From NCBI GenBank assembly GCA_024137785.1, contig JAHRHZ010000020.1:54761049-54825048 (forward strand): a DNA stretch of 64,000 nucleotides, read 5' to 3'. The position numbers were made by a program, and so were the translations under genes. The number at the start of each line of letters is the position of its first letter. The first letter of the stretch is position 1. The notes below the pieces were generated by a model. The model saw nothing but the letters and a program-made list of their open reading frames with translations, did no database searches and was not told the DNA's origin. The DNA comes from Ginglymostoma cirratum. Lineage: Eukaryota. Of the stretch, positions 14,319-26,215 are shown piece after piece.

Positions 14319-14675
14319 GTGACCTTCTTCAGAAAGAAGGGTCTAGGCCCGAAACGTCAGCTTTCCTGCTCCTCTGACGCTGCTTGGCCTGAGGTGTTCA
14401 TCCAGCTGTACACCTTGTTATCTTAGATTTAAAAGGGAACTAAGAGGCAACTTTTTCACACAGAGGGTGGTGCGTGTGTATGGAATGAGCTGCCAGAGGA
14501 AGTGGTGGAGGCTGGTACAATTACAACATTTAAAAGGCATCTGACTAAGAAGGGTTTAGAGGGATATGGGCCAAATGCTTGCAGAAGGGACTAGATTAAT
14601 TTAGGATATCTGGTCGGCATGAACGAGTTGGGCTGAAGGGTCTGTTTCAGTGCTGTACATCTCTATGACTCTATG
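14319..14675 (+). mobile_element. Penelope terminus (14319-14425) fused to a CR1 3' fragment (14426-14675)
   Basis: gggtctaggcccgaaacgtcagctttcctgctcctctga...ttgttatct followed by CR1 FTQRVV..WNELP and a ctctatgactctatga tail. Confidence 0.75.
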
Positions 14676-14801
14676 AATCCTTTGCTAAGAAAAGGTGAGG
14701 GGTTAAAATTTGCTCTCACCCAAACTAACTCTAAAATATGACCAAAATGACCACTCCCAATCAATCACACTGACCTCCATCATGTAAACAAGACTTCACT
14801 C

Positions 14802-15304
14802 AAGACTTCATAGTCAAGACCCCTGCTGCTTCACAGCACAAGGTTCAATTCCAGCCTTGTGTGACTATCTATGTGGAGCTTGCACACTCTCCCCCGTGGG
14901 TTTCCCCCCCAGAACTCTGGTTTCCCCCTACCAGAGTCTAAAGACGGGCAGGTTAGGTGGTTTGGCCAGGCTAAATAGCCCAAAGTGTCCAGGCTAGATG
15001 GGTTAGCAATGGGAAATGCATGGTTGTGGGGATAGGGTAGGGTTGTGGGTTTGGGTAAGATGGTCTTCCGAGGGTCAGTGCTGACTCAATGGGTCAAATG
15101 GCCACAACCTGCATTGTAGAGATTCTATGATGCTACATGGCGAGCAGTAATAAATTGCTCTCCTATCATTTTTCTGATGAAGGGTTTAGGCCCGAAACGT
15201 CAAGTTTTCCTGCTCCTATGATGCTGCTTGACCTGCTGTGTTCATCCAGCCCCGTGCTTGTTATCTCGGATTCTCCAGCATCTGCAGTACCTTTTATCTC
15301 TCTC
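14802..15304 (+). mobile_element. Composite insertion: duplicated HE1-SINE-containing segment plus Penelope terminus with hammerhead, bounded by a 13-bp TSD
   Basis: caagacttcactc at 14789-14801 and 15305-15317. 14807-15166 is nearly identical to 16561-16907, and 15167-15302 is the Penelope terminus. Confidence 0.8.
15174..15203 (+). ncRNA. Minimal hammerhead ribozyme motif (Penelope-associated)
   Basis: CTGATGA-A-GGGTTTAGGCCC-GAAA-CGTC: CUGANGA box, GGG/CCC stem II, GAAA box, palindromic ACGT and a GUC cleavage triplet. Confidence 0.6.
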
Positions 15305-16560
15305 CAAGACTTCACTCCCAACCTGCTCAACGAGACTTGACCTAACTTCCTCTACCAATTTGACCAGACATCACATATCCTCTGTGTTAGACCCAACATA
15401 ACTCTCTTGCTTCCACACCCCTTCCAGATCTGATCAGAACCTTAACAGAAATAAAGACAGCAAAACTTCTTTCAAGTGAAATTGTCCTTTTGCTATAAAA
15501 ACTAACCACATGGTGTAAAAAGTATCCGAAACAAACTGCATGGTGAATTCCTCTTTAAGGTTTCTACAACAACAGAACTTTAATAATTACAGCCACCAGT
15601 CAGTAGAAAACTTATCAGATGGGGAAGAGACAGATTAATCTGTTCCTTATGTGCTGCAAATATGTACCCTACGTGTTTTGAATTCCATTCATCAACTTGT
15701 AAACCTGGATTTCTTTAACATTTTTAGATAAATTATTGTAGTGAATAATTGATAAACGTTGCAACATTTGAAAGGAAGCAAAACACTTGATGTTTTAAAA
15801 AGAGAAACCACAGAAGAGGAACTGATGACTCACTCTTGTACACCTTGCAGAGTGGCTGCATTCCTTTCTTTTAACCATGTAGTGACTGTGATGAGCCAAC
15901 TTAAGGTGCGTAGGGACTTGCAATTAATTTGAAAAGCTTTCTATATCAAAGCCAGCTGTTGAATGATTTTGCAATTCTTTTTGGGATGTGGGTTTGATAT
16001 GTATTTATATTGTCATTTCTGGCTATCCTTATAGAATCCTTCTTGATAAAATACTTTCCTTTATATTGCATCTTTCACAAAAAAAATCACAAAGTGACTA
16101 ATCTCGGTTAAGTGGATTGCTTTGTCCTGCGTGGCATTGAACTTTTTGGAAATACTGCACCAGTTAAGTGCAGCAGAAAACTAAACTGATCAGAATCTCC
16201 GGTGTAATTCCAATCTTTGTATCGCAATTCACGTAACAGCTAGTTTTTTAAAGAACTATATTATTTTGGAATGTGTGCATCGCTGCCGAGGCCAATCTTT
16301 ATTATCCATTCCTTTTTGCCTAACTGAGTAACTTGACATGCTATATTTCAGGGCATTTAGGGGTAAATCACATTAGTGTGAGATTAGGGTCATATATATC
16401 CTGAACCAGGGAAGCAGAGAGGATTTTCTTGTGTAGAAGGACTCAGTAAACAAAATTGTATTTTCTTTTCAGATTTTTAAAGACTAAACTCAAGCTGTCA
16501 ATAGGACCCCTCAAAGTGGGATTGAACTCGTGGCTAATAACGTAATCATTAATACGCCTA

Positions 16561-16907
16561 TTCATAGTCAAGACGCCTGCTGCTTCACAGCACAAGGTTC
16601 AATTCCAGCCTTGTGTGACTATCTATGTGGAGCTTGCACACTCTCCCCTGTGGGTTTCCCCCCCAGTGCTACCAGAGTCTAAAGACGGGCAGGTTAGGTG
16701 GCTTGGCCAGGCTAAATAGCCCAAAGTGTCCAGGCTAGATGGGTTAGCAATGGGAAATGCATGGTTGTGGGGATAGGGTAGGGTTGTGGGTTTGGGTAAG
16801 ATGGTCTTCCGAGGGTCAGTGCTGACTCAACGGGTCAAATGGCCACAACCTGCGTTGTAGAGATTCTATGATGCTACATGGCGAGCAGTAATAAATTGCT
16901 CTCCTAT
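16561..16907 (+). mobile_element. 5'-truncated HE1-type SINE with unique flanks (source or partner copy of 14807-15166)
   Basis: B-box ggttcaattcc, body (tgtggagcttgcacactctccc...gcaggttaggtgg), and a CR1-derived tail (gattctatg). Confidence 0.75.
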
Positions 16908-19900
16908 TGTCCACATTATTTGTTCAAATCGCCTTGCAAGGAGAAGGCCACATAGCAGTTTCTCTCACTCCACTCTGGTGCCCAATATTAAAATTCATGG
17001 CCTCAGCTTTGAATGTCAGTGAAACTCCTATTTCAAACTTCTGGAAGCTTCTATCGTGTTAACATCATTGGTTCCTGATATTGCATCAATGTTCTTTTTT
17101 TTCACCAGCTCACTGACAACACTCTGCGCACCCAGAAGAAGCACTGACATGGGGAGGTTTGTTGTGAGCATAGACCAGCAAACTTAATTTTCAAAACACG
17201 CTGAAAAGTACAAAACTTCTGAAGTACTTAACAGGGCCATTAAGCAAGTGGTTACTTTGACCCTTAAAAATAAAATTCCAGGCCCAGTCTTGTTATCCAA
17301 GAGGAGAGCAGAGGCAAACAAACCATAAATAAATCACCTTGGGACACTTTACCACATTGAAAAGAGTTTCAGTTTTATACCATACCTTCATACAATCTTT
17401 GAATAATAAGTTGTTCCCTGACAGTGAATGCATAGCTATTTTGGAAGTCACCAATGAATACAAACAGCTCAGTAAACTTTCAGGGAGTCTATATTTGTTA
17501 CAAATTCGGATTCTTTTGTTCAAAATATTCAACAGTTCTTCAACTGGACACAAACAGGAGAGTGTAAAACATCACATCCAATCCCATTTCCAGCAATCAC
17601 ACTACATCAGCCAAAGCCAGTCAGAACTGGTTTACTCCCATCCTCCCCTTTGACAAAAGTCAATATTCTCTGTGATTGGTTGGTTAGCTAGGCACTCCCT
17701 TGATTGGCTAACATCCAAGCAGCTGCTTGCCCTGGGCATGGCAACACCTATTATCAAATAGTCCACAATGTCCTTAGATTAATAAGTAGGTTGCGATATC
17801 TTCCAGACTACTCATCACAACAATACATCAGTATTTGTTCTTGTCTTCCCCCCGTTTTTGTTTGAAACACACAGCTTTTCAAAGTCCAACTATTCCTAAC
17901 CTTGACTCACGGTTCCACCAAAAATAAAGTGAACAATGAGGGACTCCACATTTATGTAAAATGCATATCATCATTGTTGTCATTGTCAGGTAGACCACAA
18001 AGGTATGTTGCATTCCAAACCTGTGATATGCGTTCAGATAACCAATACCTTTCCCACCTCTTTTTACTTCATTTTTATTATACCATACATAGGTCATTCA
18101 GACCCTTGAGCCTATTCTGCCATTCAATGAGATCATGGCTGATCTATGGCCCAACTCCACAAACCTGCCTTTGGCCAAATCCTTGATACCTGACTTTTGC
18201 TTAAGGTAGTCATGTCATCTTTCCGGATAACCCCAAGGTTTGGTTTGTGTTGCTATGATGTTGTCTCACAATGTGTTGTCCTACACATTGGTGAGAACGT
18301 TCTCCTGGTCTCTGCTGGTAGTTTGCAGCCTGTAATGATTGCCCTTTACCTATGAGGGACTGCAGCCTGACTCTGATCGGTGCTGAAAACTCATTTATCA
18401 ATATCGTTGTTGGTAATACTGTTCTCTGTAAGTACATCTCTCACAAGGACAGACTATTCCATCTTTCTTCACAGTCTCTTGCACACGACTGCTGATGTCA
18501 CTTTACATCGTTGCCATGCATCACCTTCTCTTGAGACGATAAAGCTCCTTGACTGTTTCTGCTTCCTTTTGGTCACCTCTACAAACAGGCTACCACTCCT
18601 CACAATGCTGGACCTAGTGAAACTTTAACCGGCCCTTTCCTCATCCAGGAGCTGCCTGATCTATTGTGGACTTTGTTTCCATTTCTGGTTTCTCGCGCTT
18701 CCACTTTAAGACGTGTTTATGGCTGAGGAGCAGACATCTCCTGCTAATCAGGTCCAGGACAGGACAAAGATTTACGGCAAAACTTGCTCCATTGTGGCAA
18801 CCCCGGCCTAAAAGAGGTTTTCACATTTACTCCACTTTCAAGCTTAGTCTGTGGTCCTGTAGTTTAAGGTATTTGAGTGCATGTTACTTTGTTTTGTTTC
18901 AAGTGCCCAAGGAATTTTCAATTCTCAGGGATTCATGGTTGTGATGGGGTGGATTGGAGAGAAAGTCTCCAGTCATGGTGCTTCTGTCAATAGAGCAAAA
19001 TCAGTAGAGCATCTAATTCTTTGGTGTCCATTAATTTGTCTGTATGAGGCACTGTATAAAAACACCAATAAAGAGACCAACTGTATACAGTTGCAGAGGT
19101 TTGTGGTCATGCTTGCAATTTTGCTCACAACCCACAGTATTGAGTTCATTCAGCTCACTGAATCAAATCCTTTTTTTATCCAATCACAACACTGTTGGCC
19201 ACTTTCCAAATCAGATAAGAAAGAAAGACTCATTTATTAAGATTCTCAAATATTTCAATTGCATTTTGCAAACAACTAATTTTTTAATAAGGACATTAAT
19301 TGCTGTGTGTGGCCTTTTTGGATGATAGTGACAGCAACAATTATTATTTATATAGTGCATTTATCATAATAGAATGTTCCACGTACTATAATCTTGGGTT
19401 CCAAAGCTGCAAAAAAAATTATATTTGGCAAAATCCCCATCACAGTCACTATCTATGAAATGATGTAGCTATAAACAATCTTGAATGCCTTGAGGTGATT
19501 CATTGCCATCAATCCTTCTCATTGTTATGACCAGACCCTGGGGCTAAGTTCCCTAAGTGATTCCAGATGGATACCCCAAATTATCCGGCTTCCAGCTATG
19601 GAGGGATGAACTGTCTCTTCTTCTCTGGTCACCTATTCTCTTGGCTGGTCGTAATTAGGTTCTTTCAAAAACGATATTGGCAGGGGAAGGACCTTTCTCT
19701 TGAACTTGTGTTTTAAGCAGATTTTGAATTAATGAAAGAATGAGTTTATTAATTGATGAATGCGAGAAGGAAAAATAAGACATAACATGCAGATAAGTAA
19801 TAAGAAGTGAGTCCGAAGAAGATAAAAAAAATAAGATGGATCAGTCTCACCAAATTCAAAATGTAGACAGTGGAACATTGAGAGTTGAATAGTTAATTTC

Positions 19901-19944
19901 AGGGTTCTTGGATTTTGCAGGTTAGTTGAAATCCTTTTATCTTG

Positions 19945-20035
19945 GAGATAATAGGTACTGCAGATGCTGGAGAATCCGAGATAACAAGGTGTGGGGCTGG
20001 ATGAACACAGCAGGTCAAGCAGCATCATAGGAGCA
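19945..20035 (-). mobile_element. Penelope terminus running into the assembly gap
   Basis: gagataataggtactgcagatgctggagaatccgagataacaagg...gagca followed directly by Ns. Confidence 0.75.
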
Positions 20036-20435
20036 NNNNNNNNNNNNNNNNNNNNNNNNNNNNNNNNNNNNNNNNNNNNNNNNNNNNNNNNNNNNNNNNN
20101 NNNNNNNNNNNNNNNNNNNNNNNNNNNNNNNNNNNNNNNNNNNNNNNNNNNNNNNNNNNNNNNNNNNNNNNNNNNNNNNNNNNNNNNNNNNNNNNNNNNN
20201 NNNNNNNNNNNNNNNNNNNNNNNNNNNNNNNNNNNNNNNNNNNNNNNNNNNNNNNNNNNNNNNNNNNNNNNNNNNNNNNNNNNNNNNNNNNNNNNNNNNN
20301 NNNNNNNNNNNNNNNNNNNNNNNNNNNNNNNNNNNNNNNNNNNNNNNNNNNNNNNNNNNNNNNNNNNNNNNNNNNNNNNNNNNNNNNNNNNNNNNNNNNN
20401 NNNNNNNNNNNNNNNNNNNNNNNNNNNNNNNNNNN
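20036..20435. other. Assembly gap (400 N)
   Basis: Run of N characters. Confidence 1.
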
Positions 20436-21073
20436 TTTTACCTACAAATGCTAGGGTGATTAGAGGTGGTTCTTCCAGAGTGACCTTCGAAGCTCTCACG
20501 CTGAAAGCCCTGCTAATATACACAAATCAAGCACTTGCTCCAACTGGCACATATGGACCAGCGTTATAGTCAGTTAATGCTCAATTTTTGTACTCTGCCA
20601 GAAGGGCAAAGCACAAAGAAGGTGTGCAAAAGGTGGCTTTCTGCTGAGAGGGGTGATTGGGAAATTCCTAAATTTAAAATCCAGCCAAGAGTGTATCGAA
20701 ATAATCGTGTCCATAGGTAATAAATATTGAAATGGGGTTTCAGCAGCAATTGAACTGAGCCAAGAAAGGAGATATTTTAGAAGTGGGAATAGGCAACCTT
20801 AGCGAAGGGGTGATTGGGTACTTATCTCAGGACCTCAAAGATGATACCGAGGTTCAAACATTTTGACTCAGCATCAGATGGTTGCCACAGGGCAGGTAGG
20901 AATAGGCTAGGCGGTGCAACAAAGTGGACGGCAGGGATCAAAAACCATGGTTTCTGACTGGATAATATTTAGTTGAATGAAATTTCTGCTTACCTACAAT
21001 GGATATCAAGCAAGGAAGAGACAGTGGAGCTGCTAGAGCGGTAGTGGGTACCACGAATGTACACGTACAACCG

Positions 21074-21421
21074 AACATAGAACATAGAACATAGAACAAT
21101 ACAGCGCAGAACAGGCCCTTCGGCCGTCGATGTTGCACTGACCTGTGAGCTAATCTAAGCCCATCCCCCTACACTATCCCATCATCATCCATATGCTTAT
21201 CCAAGGACTGTTTAAATGCCCCTAATGTGGCTGAGTTAACTACATTAGCAGGCAGGGCATTCCACGCCCTTGCCACTCTCTGAGTAAAGAACCTGCCTCG
21301 AGCATCTGTCTTAAATCTATCACCCCTCAATTTGCAGCTATGCCCCCTTGTACAAGCTGACGTCATCATCCTAGGAAAAAGACTCTCACTGTCCACCCTA
21401 TCTAATCCTCTGATCATCTTG
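21074..21421 (-). mobile_element. Young CR1 3' fragment with a tandem (ctatgtt)n tail
   Basis: ORF MIRGLDRVDSESLFP...RFFTQRVARAWNALP and an (aacatag)3 tail. Nearly identical to 60155-60315. Confidence 0.9.
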
Positions 21422-21690
21422 TAGTTCAGTTGTTCAGTTGCTTCAACGATGACCTTGCCTCTGCCAAAAGGTCAGAATTTCTGGTATTTATTGATGATAG
21501 AGCTCCTTTTAGTTTTGTTCACCATTCCTAAGATGATGAAAGAGTCCACATCCACATGCAGTAAGATGTGGACAATAAATGGCAATTAACAAATGGAAAG
21601 TTAATCTCAGGTCTCACAAGTGTCAGGCAGTGATCGTTTTCATTGAGAGAGAGTCTAACCAACATTCCCAATGATCTCCTCTATCCCTAT

Positions 21691-23030
21691 GAGAGGAGGG
21701 TGGGGCTCGAGAAGGTAGGTGGGATGGTGATAGGTGAGTGCAGGTAGAGCGTGGTGGGGATTGGTCAGTGAGGTGGGAGGAGTGGATAGGTGGGAGAGAA
21801 GATGGACAGGTTGTGTCAGGTCAAGGAGCCGGGGATAAGAGGGAGGGTTGGACATGGGATGAGGGTGGGGAGATTTTAAAACTGGTGATTTCCACGTTTA
21901 GGCCATCGGTCTGTAGGCTCCTGAGGCAGAATATGAGCTGTTGCTCCTCCAGTTTGCGAGTGGTGTCATTGCTGGAGGAAGCCCAGGATGGACATGTCGC
22001 CCAGGGAGTGGGAGGGGGATTTGAAATGGTTCGTGACTAGGAGGTGTTGTTGTTAGTCACAACCAGAGTGCAGGTGCTCTACAAACGGTCTCCGAGCCTC
22101 CACTTGGTCTCACCGAAGTGGCCTCCTCTACATTGGAAGTAGTGGATACAATGTACCCCACAACCAAAGATACATTTCCCTCCCCACCCCTATCTGCCTT
22201 TCATAGGGACCACTCTCTCCACAACTCTGTCGTCCGCTCCACACTCCCCACTAGCCCCACCACCCCCGGCACCCACAACCACAGGAAGTGCTACACCTGC
22301 CCCTACACCTCCCCCTTCACCTCCATCCCAGGCACCAAAAAAGCCTTCCACATCAGACAGGAATTCACCTGCATATCCGTCAATGTGGTCTACTGCAACC
22401 GCTGCTCCCGATGTGGCCTCCTCCACATTGGTGAGACCAAGCTCAGGCTCGGAGATCGCTTTGTAAAGCACCTGCGCTCTGTTCGCAACTAACACCACCT
22501 TCCAGTCGCAAACCATTTCAACTCCCCCTCCCACTCTCTGGGTGGCATGTCCATCCTGGGCCTCCTCCAGTGTCACAATGATGCCACCCGCAAACCAGAG
22601 AAGCAACACCTCCTATTCTGCCTCGGATGCCTACAGCCCAATGGCCTAAATGTGGATTTTAACAGTTTCAAAATCTCCCCACCACCAGCCTCGTTCCATG
22701 ACCAACCCTCCCTCTCTTCCTCGTCTCCTTGACATGACACAACTTGTCCATCTTCTCTCCCATCTATCCGCTCCTCCTACCTCACTGACCAATCCCCACC
22801 ATTCCCTATCTTCACTCACCTATCACCATCCCACCTACCTTCCCCAGCCTCATGCCTCCTCTCTCTATTTACTTCTGAGCTCCCTTCCTCCATCACCACC
22901 CCCATTTCTGAAGAAGGGTCCCGACCCGAAACATCAACTTTCCTGTTCCTCTGATGCTGCGTGGCCTGCTGTGTTCCTCCAGCTCAACACTGTGTTATCT
23001 CTGACTCCAGCAGCTGCAGTTTTTACTATC
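21691..23030. mobile_element. Neptune-type Penelope-like element 3' halves in inverted arrangement (21691-22117 minus; 22155-23030 plus)
   Basis: The plus arm has the Cys linker NHRKCYTCP, the GIY-YIG-like NVVYCNRCSRCGLLHIGETKLRLGDRFVKHL, a pyrimidine-rich tract and a terminus with a decayed hammerhead at 22908. The minus arm repeats the GIY-YIG-to-tract portion. Confidence 0.85.
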
Positions 23031-23949
23031 TGAGTCAGTTATATCTACTACATCCTGTATCCTGTATTACTTCCTGTTCATAATGCAAGATTGTCCCTTT
23101 TAAAATACATGCTGACTATTCATGCCTCTTATAATTCTGTGCCCCTCAGTTAGGTCCTTCCCCACTTCTCTGGTGACAGACATTTACTCTCAGTAATCCT
23201 GTAAATCCCATTTACATCGTATTGAATAAAGCTCTGTAGTTAAGAGTCTCCTTACTGCTCCTATTCAAGTCTAGCTCATATGATCTCTCTGTCTTCTCAT
23301 TTCAGAATAGCATCATCTTCATTATGAGTATATTCACTTCCTATTATCTTACAAAGATCAACAGTGTGACTGTAAGAAGGCGTTGAGGATTTTGCATAGA
23401 TGGAGAGATTAGAACAAGTTGAGTGGGAAGTGAGTTTAGACAATGATGAGATGTAGATTCAAATCAGTGGATGGGGATGTCACTCAATGAAGGTAAAGGA
23501 GTGAAACAATGAAAATATCTCAGTGAGAGCTTTTTTTTGGCTTTTGGATGGAGGGCAAGGATTTTAAATTAAAAACGAGAGGAGCAGTTGATGATGAGAT
23601 ACTCAATGGAGGGCAATAGGGAGCAAATCAAAATGCGACTGGGTGATCACAGCCACAAATGGTCAAAGAAAATGGTACAAATGTAGCCAGGAGAGGCTCC
23701 TAATATGCAGCCCTCAGTCAGATCTCTATGGACACCAATACAGCCCTCCACATCTAGAATCATAGGATCCCGAGAATTATAGAATCCCTACAGTGTGGAA
23801 GAAGGCCATTCTGCCCATCAAGTCCACACCAACCCTCCAAAGGGCATCCCACCCACACCCAGCCCCCTACCCTGCATTTCCCATGGCTAATCCACCTGGC
23901 CTGCACATTTCTGGACAATATAGGCAATTTAGCATGGTCAGAGAGTTAG

Positions 23950-24805
23950 TTCACCAGATCCATGGTGATGCCATTACCAAACACAACTCGCGATTCCCTG
24001 TCAGATTCTGAAGGCACCACTTCCTCTGAATCACCAAAATCCCCTCCTCAATCTGTCTGCCCCAACAGATGCAGCACTTGCCCTTTTACCTTCACTTTGC
24101 TCACCGCCCAAGGCCACAAACATTCCCTCCCGATTCAGCAACAGATGAGTTGTACTTCTTTCAACATTGCATACTGTAATTGCTGTTCACAATGCAGCCC
24201 CCTGTGCAGTAGGGAGACCACGTGCAAATGGGGTGACTTCTCTGTGGAATGCCTACACTACAGTCTGCAACCATGACCCCCCAGCTTCTGGGCTATCTAT
24301 TATCTTAATCCATTGCTGTCACATGGACATCTTTGAACTTGACCTGTTGAAGTGTCCCAGTAACAAACAATGCAATCGAGGAGAATCAACTCATCCTTTG
24401 ATTTCACACTCTCCAGCCTTCTGGACTCAACATTGAATTCAGCAGCTTCAGACTGTAAATGCTGTTTCTTCTTCTGTTGTATGTACAACATATTCTTCAC
24501 CTCATTTGCATGCTTGTTACTCTAATTTATACTCACTCTAACCAAATAATTTGATTCTTTATTATAACCATGATCACTCCCTTTCCTTTTGTATTGTAAA
24601 ACCATTTGTAATATCATCTCTCCTGCCATTCACTCTATTATTTACCTCCCCTTTTGGCTTTTTTTCTGCCCTTCCCCGCACCTTCACCCCCGTATACAAA
24701 ACCTATTAGATTTCTACCTTCCATTAATGCTGAAGTAAAGTAAATCATTAACGTGAATGTTACCTTCGTTTCTCATTCCACAGATACTGCCAGACCTGAG
24801 TATTT
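23950..24805 (+). mobile_element. Old decayed Penelope-like 3' fragment
   Basis: CPNRCSTCP linker, the GIY-YIG remnant CTSFNIAYCNCCSQC..ETTCKWGD..ECL, and the terminus ccacagatactgccagacctgagtatt. Confidence 0.6.
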
Positions 24806-24829
24806 TGTGTCTCAGCAGCCCAGGTTAGT

Positions 24830-26215
24830 GAATACCTGTTCAGAGACTACATGCATTTGGAAAGGCAAGTACTGATTGTGGGTAGTCAGGATGGCTTTGT
24901 GCGTGCGAAATTGTGTCTCACAAACTTGATTAAGCTTTTTGCAGAGATGACCAAGATGATATATGAAAGCAGAGCAGTATACGTGGTCTACCTTCGACAA
25001 GGTTCTTCACAGTAGATTGGTTAGTAAGGCTAGATCACACAGGATTCAGGGTGAGCTTACCAATTGGATACAAAATTGGCTTGATGGTAGGAGACAGAGG
25101 ATGGTGGTAGAGGGTTGTCATTGAGACTGGAGGCCTGTGACCAGCAGTGTTCCACAGGGATCAGTGCTGGGTCCACTGTTGTTTGTCATTTATATAAACA
25201 AATTGGATGAGAACATAGGAGGTGTGGTTAGTGAGTTTATGGGTACAACAAAAATGATGGAATAGTGGATAGTGAAGGAGGTTATCTCAGAATACAAGGG
25301 GATCTTGTTCGACTGGGCCAGTGGACCAAGGAATGGCAGATGGAGTTTAATTCAGATAAATGCAACATGTTGCATTTTGGTAAGATAAACCAGGGCAGGA
25401 CTTCCACAGTTAAAGTTAGGGCCCTGGGGAGTGTTGTTGAACAGAGAGGCCTAAGGCTGTGGAAACTTGACGTTTCGGGCCTAGACCCTTCATCAGAAAA
25501 AATGATTTTTTTTTTCTGATGGAGGGTCTAGGCCCGAAACGTCAAGCTTTCCTGCTCCTATGATGCTGCTTTACCTGCTGTGTTCATCCAGCCCTATGCT
25601 TGTTATCTCGGATTCTCCAGCATCTGCAGTACCTTTTATCTCTGATTCCAACTCCTGTACTCACTCAATGTACTGATTTGCAGTACGGTGTACAATTCTG
25701 GACCCCCTGCTAGAGGAAGGATATTCCTGAACTGGAGAGGGTTCAGAAAAGATTTACCTGGATGCTACAGAGCCTGGAGGATTTGAGTTATAAGGAGAGG
25801 CTGGATGGGCTGGAAGTTTTTTCACTGGAGCGTAGGAAGCTGAGGGGTGACTTTATAGAAGTTTATAAAATTGTGAGAGGCACAGGTAAGGTGAATAACT
25901 GAGGTCTTTTCCACAGGATAGGGTAGTCCAAATCTAGAGGGCATTGGTTTAAGATGAGTGGAAAGATTTAAAAGGGACCTGAGGGGCAACTTTTTCACAC
26001 TGATGATGGTACGTACATGGAAAGAACTGCCAGGGGAAGTGGTGGAGGTGGGTACAATTACAACATTTAAAAGGCATCTAGATGAGTAAATGATTAGGAA
26101 AGATTTAAGAGAGATATGGGCCAAGTGCAAGGAAATGGGATTAGTTCAGTTTAGGAAACCTGGTCAGCGTGGACGAGGTGGGCAAAAGGTCTATTTCCAG
26201 CTGTAGGACTCTAAT
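24830..26215 (+). mobile_element. CR1 (HER1-type) ORF2 RT 3' part, interrupted by a Penelope fold-back at 25461-25642
   Basis: gttccacagggatcagtgctgggtcca (VPQGSVLGP), EWQMEFNSDKCNMLHFG, and the 3' tail. Confidence 0.9.

Noticed and set aside
19729-20569. Long ORFs of 264 and 192 aa
   Set aside because: They are artefacts of translating through the N gap.
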